The notes beneath the pieces were generated by a model, which had not been told where the DNA came from, ran no database searches, and was given only the letters and a program-made list of their open reading frames with translations. DNA of 17,000 nucleotides from Candidatus Hermodarchaeota archaeon (GTDB lineage Archaea > Asgardarchaeota > Lokiarchaeia > Sigyniarchaeales > SOKP01), in assembly GCA_048885535.1 (NCBI GenBank), contig JBHLLO010000036.1, positions 1 to 17,000 of the forward strand. The letters run 5' to 3'. How positions within the stretch are numbered: the stretch's first letter is position 1; every line of letters begins with the position of its first letter. A program made the translations under genes and the position numbers. Below, piece by piece: positions 5,941 through 14,403 of this stretch.

Positions 5941-8268
5941 ATGTTTAATTTTGATGATTTTATTAATTACATTAAATCTAAAGATTTTTACAGCAATCAA
6001 ATCTGTCATATAGAACACATTCCAGAATTAAAAGCTCGATATGACGAATTAGACAAACCATTAAATAAGCGTTTGCAGCATTGGTTATCTGAATCGAATA
6101 AAATAAAACTATGGCGTCATCAAGCAGACGCTATAAATTACATAAGGCAAGGTAAAAATACAGTTATCGTAACTTCAACAGCTTCCGGTAAATCATTATG
6201 TTATAACTTATCTGTTCTTGATGCAATATTAAATAATGATAAAACAACTGCAATTTATGTTTTTCCAACTAAAGCATTAGCAAGAGATCAGTATCATGTT
6301 TTAACAAAAATTTTAGATGATACAAATATCAAACAGCAAAGAGTTGGAGTTTACGATGGAGACGTTGAACCAAATGAAAAAAGAAAAGTATTAGCAAACG
6401 CAAACATAATAATTACTAACCCTTATGGGCTTCATTTCTATTTACCTTGGTTTAAACAAAATTGGAGAAGAGTGTGCATCAACCTAAAATATGTTGTCTT
6501 GGATGAGATACACATTTATAGAGGGATTTTTGGGTCGAATTTTGCATTATTAATAAGAAGATTAAAGAGAATTCTAAACAACTTTAACGTAAAACCCGTT
6601 TGGATATTATCGAGCGCCACAATTCATAATGCAAAAGAATTCTGTGAAAAATTAATTGGTGAAAAATTTGTTGTTATTGATAAAGATGATTCCCCTACTG
6701 GTCCTAAAAAAGTAATATTATGGGATTTACCATATGATAGTGTATCAAATAGATATAGTTCCGCACATCAAGAGACTAAAAACTTATTTATTGCGCATCT
6801 CACCTATAGAACTGGAATTCAAACGTTAAATTTCACACTTTCAAGAAAAATGGCTGAATTACAAGCTATTTGGACAAGAAAAGCCCTCCCATATTTGAAA
6901 GATAAAATTCATAGCTATCGAGCAGGGATAAGTAAAAAAAAGAGAAGAGAAATTGAAATAAAATTCAAAAACAAAGAAATCTTGGGAATTAGCTCTACTA
7001 ATGCCTTAGAATTGGGTATAGATATTGGTTCGTTAGAAGCAACGATCAGCTCTGGATTCCCTGGAACCATCTCTAGCTTCAGACAGCAAATAGGTCGTTC
7101 GGGAAGAGGATCAGATTTATCAATTTCGACATTCATCCCTATGCAAAACCCTCTTGATTTATTTTATGTTCATAATCCTGATAAACTATTTGGACCTATT
7201 CAAGAAGATGCATTAATTACTCTAACTAATAAATACATCCTTAAAAATCATCTATGTTGTGCGTCTAAAGAAATCCCTTTAAAACAAGATGAATATGAGT
7301 CTTTTGACATTAAAGATAAAAACCTTTTCCAAAATTCTATTGAGGAGTTAATCTCAGAAGCTCTTCTAATGAAACGAGGTGATAAATATTACTGGAGAGG
7401 GGGATTTTTCCCAAATGAGCAATTTGGATTAAACGATTTATCATCTAAAAGTTATAAGGTTATATTAAGAAACCATGGACGTGAAGAACTCTTAACAGTT
7501 GAAGACGAAAGTTATGTATTCCGAGATCTACATCCTGGAGCAGTTTATCTTTATGAAGCAGATACTTATGTCGTTGAAGATTTGGATTTAAATGAAAGGA
7601 TTGTGTATCTGAAAGGAACTAATGTAGAATATTATACCCAATCTTTAAAACATACAGAAATCACTCCACTTGAAGTAATATTAGAGACTAGTTTTGGTCC
7701 AGAAGAAATTATAAACATTTTTTATGGTAATGTAAAGGTTGAGCATGAATACTATTCATATAAAGTTATAGATACGCTAACTCAAGAAATTCTCTCTCGT
7801 CATCCATTAGACAACATTCCAATAGTAGAATTTGAAAGTCAAGCATTCTGGTTTGCTATCCCATTTGAATATCAAAAAGAACTAGAAATGAAAGGATTTG
7901 ATCTGGGAGGAACTATTCATGCCATTGAACATGCGATAATAGCGATATCCCCCGCATTAGCCCAAATTTCAAGATGGGATTTAGGAGGAGTTTCTATAGA
8001 TTTTGATCCTGTTAAACAACAACCGGTAATTTATATATATGATGCATACAGGGGAGGTATTGGTATATCAGAATTACTATATCAAAACATAAGGCAACTA
8101 TTAGAGTTAACTTATAACTTAATTGAATCTTGTTCCTGTAACAATGCAAATGGATGCCCAGCTTGCATAATGAGCCCGAAATGCGGCAATAACAATGAAC
8201 CTCTGGACAAAAAGGGTGCCCTTTTTCTTTTAGATAAGCTCCTTAATAAAATGACACATAACAGCTAA
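5941..8268 (+). CDS. DEAH-box helicase with C-terminal DUF1998 Zn-binding domain (MrfA/YprA/Hrq1/SftH family)
   Basis: Q motif LWRHQ, motif I TASGKS, Ia PTKALA.DQ, II DEIH, III SAT, ALELGIDIG, VI QQIGRSGR; C-terminal HAIEHA, YD...GGIG and CSC...GCPAC..SPKCGN.NEPLDK. ATG 5941 is the likelier start than TTG 5869. Confidence 0.93.
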   Translation: MFNFDDFINYIKSKDFYSNQICHIEHIPELKARYDELDKPLNKRLQHWLSESNKIKLWRHQADAINYIRQGKNTVIVTSTASGKSLCYNLSVLDAILNNDKTTAIYVFPTKALARDQYHVLTKILDDTNIKQQRVGVYDGDVEPNEKRKVLANANIIITNPYGLHFYLPWFKQNWRRVCINLKYVVLDEIHIYRGIFGSNFALLIRRLKRILNNFNVKPVWILSSATIHNAKEFCEKLIGEKFVVIDKDDSPTGPKKVILWDLPYDSVSNRYSSAHQETKNLFIAHLTYRTGIQTLNFTLSRKMAELQAIWTRKALPYLKDKIHSYRAGISKKKRREIEIKFKNKEILGISSTNALELGIDIGSLEATISSGFPGTISSFRQQIGRSGRGSDLSISTFIPMQNPLDLFYVHNPDKLFGPIQEDALITLTNKYILKNHLCCASKEIPLKQDEYESFDIKDKNLFQNSIEELISEALLMKRGDKYYWRGGFFPNEQFGLNDLSSKSYKVILRNHGREELLTVEDESYVFRDLHPGAVYLYEADTYVVEDLDLNERIVYLKGTNVEYYTQSLKHTEITPLEVILETSFGPEEIINIFYGNVKVEHEYYSYKVIDTLTQEILSRHPLDNIPIVEFESQAFWFAIPFEYQKELEMKGFDLGGTIHAIEHAIIAISPALAQISRWDLGGVSIDFDPVKQQPVIYIYDAYRGGIGISELLYQNIRQLLELTYNLIESCSCNNANGCPACIMSPKCGNNNEPLDKKGALFLLDKLLNKMTHNS

Positions 8269-8384
8269 ACAAAAATCTAAAACCCACAGACAAATTGAAA
8301 TTCTTCTAACTCTCTTTCTTCCATTGATCAATCTTATACAAAATCTCCTTAAAAATTCTTGAAAAGTAAATCCAGAATCTAATT

Positions 8385-9920
8385 TCAATGAATTTCTAGT
8401 TCCTTATAAAGAGAAATAGCACTTGTCCTTTTAATAGCCTCCCATTTCATAGGATATTTTAAATATTGCTCTAATTGACTTAAAATTCTGATTGTGTTAG
8501 TCATGTATCCATAGAATAATTTATATGCGATTATATAAAACAAAATTCTTGGCTTTTCCCTTACATCCACATATATGGCATACGTGCTGATAGCTATTTC
8601 TATTATCAGAAAGAAAAAAAACCAGAAAAAATAAATTCTTGTATATATAAGAAATCCAGAAAATGGATTAAATATAAATATAAAAATCCAAATACCTGCG
8701 AAATAGTTAAACCAAGAAAAGATTAAGCCATTCAAAGATACCCATGGAATCATAAACAATCCTGTAGTTCCGTATTTTGGATTAAAAAACATACCTTTAT
8801 GTTTAATTATTACTTGTAAAAATCCTCTATACCAACGATACCTTTGTTTAGCTAAATCAAAAATAGATATTGGAGCTTCTGTATATCCGATTGATTTAGG
8901 TTCATATTTTATTTTATATCCCGCTCTTAATATTTTGAAGGTTAAGTCTGCATCTTCTGCAAATGTATCTCCAGTATAGAAACCTACCTCTTTAATTATA
9001 GATCTTCTAAAAGCTCCTAAAGGACCTGGAACTACTGTTACTATTCCAAAAAATGCCTCACTTCTTCTTTGAATATTTAAATTAGAAATATATTCCAAAG
9101 CTTGTAATTTTGTAAGCAACTTATCTCGATTTCCAACTTTTATATTCCCTGCTACTGCTCCAACTTTACTATCACTGAAATGACTGACTAATGGCTGTAT
9201 TGCGTTCTTATCTAAAACTGTATCCGCATCTATACATACTATAATATCTGATCTAGATAATTCTATCCCTTTATTTAGTGCATGCCATTTTCCACCATTC
9301 TTTTTTTTTGAAATGACCCTAATTGGATTATGAGTTTCCAAAAATTTCGCAATTTTTAAAGTATCATCCTTTGAGCCATCATCCACAACAATAATCTCTT
9401 TTTGACTATAACTCAGATCTAAAACAGATCTTATTGTTTTTTCAATCACTTTAGCCTCATTATACGCTGGTATAATTATTGAAACTGAGGGTGTGGTCTC
9501 AAACTCCTTAATTTTCGGACGTAACAAGAGTGAAGTAGATAAATTAACAAAAGTTTTAAAACCGAAAAATACTGATAATGTGATGAATATTATAGAAGTT
9601 AATTGATATAATAATTCTTGAGCGAATAGAGATAATATTAACTGAATGATTCCTAAAATTGTAATTATCGTAAGAATTATTTTAACAGAAGAAAATTTTT
9701 TTTTTTTGATTGGTGATGAAAACTTTTTTCTCGCGTTTCCATACCAAAATAAAGTAATAATGACGGTTAATACCCCAATAATAGCAGAGATATAGGTAAT
9801 CCAATATACTACTGGATAAATATTAAGAAAATTAATAAAATCAATCATTAGTTCACTAGGGAATAGGATTAGTGAAATTATAATAATTAATATAACCACA
9901 ATACTTCTTTTAGATGTCAT
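8385..9920 (-). CDS. Membrane-bound processive glycosyltransferase family 2 (PgaC/IcaA/cellulose synthase-like)
   Basis: IIPAYNE, VDDGS.D, GK..ALN, DAD, ED and QRYRW (QxxRW) motifs; about four N-terminal and several C-terminal TM helices. Confidence 0.92.
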   Translation of the reverse strand: MTSKRSIVVILIIIISLILFPSELMIDFINFLNIYPVVYWITYISAIIGVLTVIITLFWYGNARKKFSSPIKKKKFSSVKIILTIITILGIIQLILSLFAQELLYQLTSIIFITLSVFFGFKTFVNLSTSLLLRPKIKEFETTPSVSIIIPAYNEAKVIEKTIRSVLDLSYSQKEIIVVDDGSKDDTLKIAKFLETHNPIRVISKKKNGGKWHALNKGIELSRSDIIVCIDADTVLDKNAIQPLVSHFSDSKVGAVAGNIKVGNRDKLLTKLQALEYISNLNIQRRSEAFFGIVTVVPGPLGAFRRSIIKEVGFYTGDTFAEDADLTFKILRAGYKIKYEPKSIGYTEAPISIFDLAKQRYRWYRGFLQVIIKHKGMFFNPKYGTTGLFMIPWVSLNGLIFSWFNYFAGIWIFIFIFNPFSGFLIYTRIYFFWFFFFLIIEIAISTYAIYVDVREKPRILFYIIAYKLFYGYMTNTIRILSQLEQYLKYPMKWEAIKRTSAISLYKELEIH

Positions 9921-10253
9921 ATTATTTTGTTTCCCAGATAATAGGTTATCTTAAGAATAACTATTTTTAAGTATTAAGGTATAAAATTTTCCTTATTTGA
10001 TGTGGAAAAATTAGATATAAAAAAAGATCCCACTAACACTCATATGAGCTCCTAATCTCAATTTGAGTAATTATTTTTAATATGAATATGAATAATGATA
10101 AATTAAAATTTATTGGATTCTAAACGAGATTATTCTGAATCAATTTATTAATAAGTTTCTATTACATAGTATCAAATAAGTATTCTATCTTCAGTTAATT
10201 TTCTTATTAAAATTGGAAATAGAAAATAAGAAAAAATCATTATTAAGGTTTTA

Positions 10254-10919
10254 GTGATGAATGAGGAATCAGAAGGTTATGATAAAAGGATTCTAGAAGA
10301 TCCAACTTGTTATAAATGTGATTGTAGAAATCACTGTGCAATCGGAAAGCCAAGTAAAGAATTAGAGAATTGTCCAGTAAAAACAAGTCCTGATATTCAA
10401 AAAAAAGCACTTGAATTATATGAAACGGATGAATTCCTAAAAAAATCTAACATTGCTGCGACAATTGCGAACAGTCAAGGAAGTGTACCTCGTTTGAAGG
10501 ATACTATAGAATATGCGAAAAGGATGGGATTTAGAAAGCTAGGAATTGCTTCTTGTGGTGCTTTACAAACCGAAACTAAAAAAACAGTAGAAATCCTTCA
10601 ACATTATGGTTTTAAAGTTAGTTCTGTAAGTTGTCCAACGGGGGTTAATAAAAAAATCAACATAGAAATACCAGAGGAATTTAAACATTATTCAGAGAAG
10701 GGATACAATTTTGATTTCATATCATGTAACCCTGTCGCTCAGGCTTTATTACTGAATAAAGCTAAAACAGAAATGAATATAATAATTGGATTATGCGTAG
10801 GTCATGATGTTACTTTTACCCATCTTTCAGAAGCTCCAGTTATCACTTTAATAGCTAAAGATAGACTAATTCGACATAATCCATCAGAAACATTGGATTC
10901 CTTTTATAACGAATTTTAA
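10254..10919 (+). CDS. DUF1847-family Cys-rich putative metal-binding protein
   Basis: N-terminal C-x2-C..C..C cluster, G..KLGIA.C, CNPVAQA.LLN, N...GLCVGHD and L.AKDR...HNP. Start is GTG 10254 or ATG 10257. Confidence 0.88.
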   Translation: MMNEESEGYDKRILEDPTCYKCDCRNHCAIGKPSKELENCPVKTSPDIQKKALELYETDEFLKKSNIAATIANSQGSVPRLKDTIEYAKRMGFRKLGIASCGALQTETKKTVEILQHYGFKVSSVSCPTGVNKKINIEIPEEFKHYSEKGYNFDFISCNPVAQALLLNKAKTEMNIIIGLCVGHDVTFTHLSEAPVITLIAKDRLIRHNPSETLDSFYNEF

Positions 10920-10925
10920 TAAAAA

Positions 10926-11019
10926 ACCCAACTAAAATGGATCCTTCGGTTAACTTGGGTACAATATCCGCTTTGCTGAAGTGTCACAACAGATCTGAGA
11001 ATTCTTTCTCAGTTCGGGC
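10926..11019 (-). ncRNA. Candidate structured non-coding RNA or miniature repeat element of unknown family
   Basis: 94 nt at 44% GC (41/94, hand count) in AT-rich surroundings, with complementary ends, three internal stems, TTTAAA 23-28 nt upstream on the minus strand and a U-tract at the 3' end. Confidence 0.35.
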
Positions 11020-11079
11020 TTTAAAAAGTAAAAAAAATATGTTTAAATTAAATATTATTTATCTTGACATTTTTAAATT

Positions 11080-11499
11080 TTATTTCTTTTTTTTATCGTA
11101 ATTACTCGGATCTCCACCTTCTTCAAGATATTCTGCGTATCTCTTTAAGCTCTCTAAATAAATTTCACCTGCTTTCAAGAGCATCTTCTCATTCTCTTCT
11201 TTTTCAAATTCGGCCCATAAGGTAACCATAGTGCCATCACCTTTTGGCTCTAAAACATTCCCATAGGCAGTCATCGGACTTCCTTCCTGAGTAGATGAGA
11301 TCTTTTTGTTTGGAACACGTTCCTTAACAGTTGAAGTAATATCTCCAATATTAGTTTTTGAAAAATATTTGTCTGGTCCAATTTCTTTGATTTCATTTAC
11401 GACAATGTTCCATATAGGGTAACTTAACGAATCTTCTAAAATACCATAAACTTTTTCAGGAGGTGCATTAATTTCTATTTTTCTCTCAGCTCGAGGCAT
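11080..11499 (-). CDS. SRPBCC (START/polyketide cyclase-like) family protein
   Basis: 139 aa with I.INAPPEKVY..L.D....P.W, LEP.GDGT.VT and a C-terminal helix L.SLKRY.E; GGTG upstream of the ATG. Confidence 0.88.
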   Translation of the reverse strand: MPRAERKIEINAPPEKVYGILEDSLSYPIWNIVVNEIKEIGPDKYFSKTNIGDITSTVKERVPNKKISSTQEGSPMTAYGNVLEPKGDGTMVTLWAEFEKEENEKMLLKAGEIYLESLKRYAEYLEEGGDPSNYDKKKK

Positions 11500-11688
11500 A
11501 ATTTTATCACACCATCGATTTAGTTTTTAGACTATTATTATAAAATTGGAAGTTCAAAATTTATTATGAATAATGTTTATTTAAAATTTATTAGATTTCA
11601 ATCTTATAAAATAATTCCCTCAATTTTTTAAAGCTTGGTTTACCAGTAAAAGAATTTTTTTTTAATTATGATAACTTAAATTTCTATT

Positions 11689-12195
11689 ATGGCAGCTAAA
11701 GATAAACTTAGCTGGAGTGATCTTGAATCACCCACTATGTCTTCAGACGAATATCTAAAGATCTATAAAGATAAAATCGAAATTAATTACAAAACTTATG
11801 AACCAAAAAGAGAAATTCTTAACAAACTTAATAAATTTTTAGAAAAAGAAAAAGAAGCATTAAATATTCTTGCATTAGGAGCTGATTGGTGCCCTGATTG
11901 TAATAGAAATATACCAAGATTAATCAAAATTATCAAGAAGTTAAATAATAAAGAAGTGACCTTTAAAATTTTATATGGAATTATGAAAGACGCTTTCCAT
12001 AAACCTAATGAACCAATTTGGCACAAAAAGCGATCACCAAAAGAGGCTTTGAATCCGAAATTTGACTTAAAAGCTATTCCTACAATTTACTTCTTTAATA
12101 AGAAGGGAGATTATTTAGGCTCTATTATAGAGAATCCCAAAGAAAAATCAACTATTGAGGAAGATATGCTTGAAATACTCCAAGAGAACCTATAA
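11689..12195 (+). CDS. Thioredoxin-family protein
   Basis: Active site GADWCPDC, cis-Pro motif AIPT and G..LG.I.E.P. Confidence 0.88.
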   Translation: MAAKDKLSWSDLESPTMSSDEYLKIYKDKIEINYKTYEPKREILNKLNKFLEKEKEALNILALGADWCPDCNRNIPRLIKIIKKLNNKEVTFKILYGIMKDAFHKPNEPIWHKKRSPKEALNPKFDLKAIPTIYFFNKKGDYLGSIIENPKEKSTIEEDMLEILQENL

Positions 12196-12254
12196 TTTTT
12201 ACTTTCTTTATCATCTAATCAACATTTAAATTAATGGGAAGCTATAATAATTCT

Positions 12255-14294
12255 ATGTCAAAACTAAAAGTAAAGAAAGTAATTATTTTCAAACATGGAG
12301 TTTCCTATTACATTCTTGAAGGAATTGTAAAAGGAACAGATACTTTTGAACTTGAGTTTAAAATAGATGAGATGGATGACATATTAAAGTCCCTTTTTGT
12401 TTTAGACACCAGTAAACAAGGTTATATTAGTTCTATATCTTATGATGCTGCATTAGATACATCACAATTACTAAAATCTATAATGCTAGATATTCCAGAT
12501 ACAGATTCATTTAGTTCGCTTGTAGCACAAATTAAAGGGGCAAGTGTTAATTTAACCATTGGTGGTGCTAAGAAGATTTCAGGAATAATTATGGGCATTG
12601 AAACCGTAGAAAAGGCTGTAAAAGATGAAAAAATCTTTGAAAAAAAACTTGTACTATTACAAGATGAGGATGTTGTTACAAAAATAGGTTTTGATGAAAT
12701 TAAATTATTAGATATTCTAAACGAAGATATAAAGAAAGATTTAAAATTTTTCTTGAACACTGTTATATCTGGAAAAAAGAAAGATGCTAAAAAAATCATT
12801 ATTAATTGTGAATCAGGCGGAGCTGATGATGTTGAAAGAAACGTGTTTGTATCATATATACGAGAAAGTCCCATTTGGAAAACCTCTTATCGGTTAATCA
12901 TGAGTAAGCAACAAGCCTTAGAGAACAAGTGTTTATTATCCGGTTGGAGTTTAATTGAAAATACTACTAATCAAGATTGGGAAGATATTGAATTAAGTCT
13001 AGTTGCTGGAATGCCTGTTTCTTTCAAGTACGAATTCTATAGACCAATCTTTATTGAAAGGCCAGTAATTAGACCACCAAAAGTATTAAGTGCAAAACCA
13101 TCAGATATTGAAGAAGGTTTGGAAGAAGAAAGATTCAAAGATTACGCTATGGCAAAAGAAGCAGCCCCTTCTAGAGTTCTTAAAAGAACCGCAAAATTGG
13201 GGCTTGTCGCACCATCAGCGTCAAAAGCGCCTGGAGGTTATGGTTTTACTGGAAGTGAATTATCTGATGAAGTTCTTATGGATAAAATTAAAACACAAAC
13301 CCAGACTCAAACTAAAGACTTAGGAGAATTATTTGAGTATAATATTGTAAAACCCGTTTCAATTAAGAGAAAACAATCTGCTTTGGTGCCTATATTAACA
13401 GAATCGATTAAAGCAAAGAAAGTACTGTTATATAATAAAAACGAGCATGATAAAAACCCAAATGCTTGCTTAGAAATTACTAACAATACAAACTTAACTT
13501 TAGAGAGAGGTCCAGTAACCATTATCTATGATGATAACCTTGCTGGAGAAGCAATTATTCCATTCTTGAATAAAGATGATACCCGACTCTTAAATTATGC
13601 TGTCGAACAAGCTATAATAATAACCCATGAACAAAAATCAGAAAATCTTAGTGTACATAGGGTAACATTCGGAAATGGATATTCTTATGAACATTACTAT
13701 ACCAATATTACTACTATTTACAAAATAAATAATAAAACAGACGAAGAAAAAGAACTTTATTTAGATCATCCTAAAACTTATGAGTTTAAATTTATCGAAA
13801 AACCAGTAGAACCTGAAGAAACCCCAAATTATTGGCGATTTAAACTTACTTTAAAACCAAAAGATGCAATAAAATTCACATTAAAAGAACAAAGAGAAAA
13901 CTATAGCAGCAATTACCTCTGGAATTGGTCGAAAGATGATTTTTTAAAACGTATTGGATATTATGTAAAAAAGAAATTTATCGATATGGCTCTTGAGAGC
14001 CAGTTAAAGGAAATAGCCGAGCAATTACAAATGTTAAATGATCTAAAAAGCAAACAAGAAAAACTATATGAAGAAAGAGACTTAATGACAGATGAACAGG
14101 CAAGACTTCGAGAAAATATCTCTGTCTTAGGAGATGACTCTCAATCAATAGCATTAAAAGAACGATATGTCAAAAAATTAGATGACCAAGAGAATAGATT
14201 TGAAAAAATCTCAACAGAATTAACCAAATTGGATAAGGACATCAATTCGTTAAATAAAGAAATTCAAAGGAAAATGGAAAAATTACCAACCTAA
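12255..14294 (+). CDS. DUF4139-domain protein with C-terminal coiled coil
   Basis: VIIFKHGVSYY, M.DILKSL, VSY....PIWKTSYRL, W..IENTT.QDW.D..LSLVAG.P and GELFEY.I..PVSI.R.QSALVPI, ending in a heptad-rich tail of about 100 aa. ATG 12255 is the probable start; 12234 is an alternative. Confidence 0.8.
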   Translation: MSKLKVKKVIIFKHGVSYYILEGIVKGTDTFELEFKIDEMDDILKSLFVLDTSKQGYISSISYDAALDTSQLLKSIMLDIPDTDSFSSLVAQIKGASVNLTIGGAKKISGIIMGIETVEKAVKDEKIFEKKLVLLQDEDVVTKIGFDEIKLLDILNEDIKKDLKFFLNTVISGKKKDAKKIIINCESGGADDVERNVFVSYIRESPIWKTSYRLIMSKQQALENKCLLSGWSLIENTTNQDWEDIELSLVAGMPVSFKYEFYRPIFIERPVIRPPKVLSAKPSDIEEGLEEERFKDYAMAKEAAPSRVLKRTAKLGLVAPSASKAPGGYGFTGSELSDEVLMDKIKTQTQTQTKDLGELFEYNIVKPVSIKRKQSALVPILTESIKAKKVLLYNKNEHDKNPNACLEITNNTNLTLERGPVTIIYDDNLAGEAIIPFLNKDDTRLLNYAVEQAIIITHEQKSENLSVHRVTFGNGYSYEHYYTNITTIYKINNKTDEEKELYLDHPKTYEFKFIEKPVEPEETPNYWRFKLTLKPKDAIKFTLKEQRENYSSNYLWNWSKDDFLKRIGYYVKKKFIDMALESQLKEIAEQLQMLNDLKSKQEKLYEERDLMTDEQARLRENISVLGDDSQSIALKERYVKKLDDQENRFEKISTELTKLDKDINSLNKEIQRKMEKLPT

Positions 14295-14403
14295 TTACTT
14301 TTATTTAGAATAAACAATTAGTGGATCCCTTGGTAAAATTATATAATGGAAAAAAACTTAAATTATAAAATATTAAGTACTATTACATTTGAAGGTGTAA
14401 ACC

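Noticed and set aside
5941-8268. DISARM or Druantia-type defence system suggested by DUF1998
   Set aside because: The helicase and DUF1998 are fused in the MrfA layout, and no methylase, SNF2 helicase or PLD nuclease gene is nearby.
8269-8384. Tiny minus-strand ORFs with an AAGGAG motif downstream of GT2
   Set aside because: They are only 11-15 codons long with no distinguishing features.
10926-11019. tRNA-Sec or other tRNA (GCCCG 5' end, 7-bp stem with 4-nt loop like a Sec D-arm, CUUCA sequence, about 94 nt)
   Set aside because: CUUCA is not centred in a paired anticodon arm, there is no T-loop GUUCRA motif and no proper acceptor end.
10926-11019. TPP or glycine riboswitch, or hammerhead ribozyme (fragments CUGAGA, UACCC, ACCGAAGGA, UCUCAG)
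   Set aside because: The motifs are incomplete or in the wrong order, and there is no downstream gene on the same strand to regulate.
10937-11068. 43-codon plus-strand ORF MDPSVNLG... over the structured element
   Set aside because: No RBS and no recognisable protein features; it runs into low-complexity AT sequence.
1504-12195. Selenoproteins via in-frame UGA in DsrE, TusA, thioredoxin or GT2
   Set aside because: The active-site positions are Cys codons. The GT2 UGA stop is followed two codons later by UAG, and no SECIS-like element was recognised.
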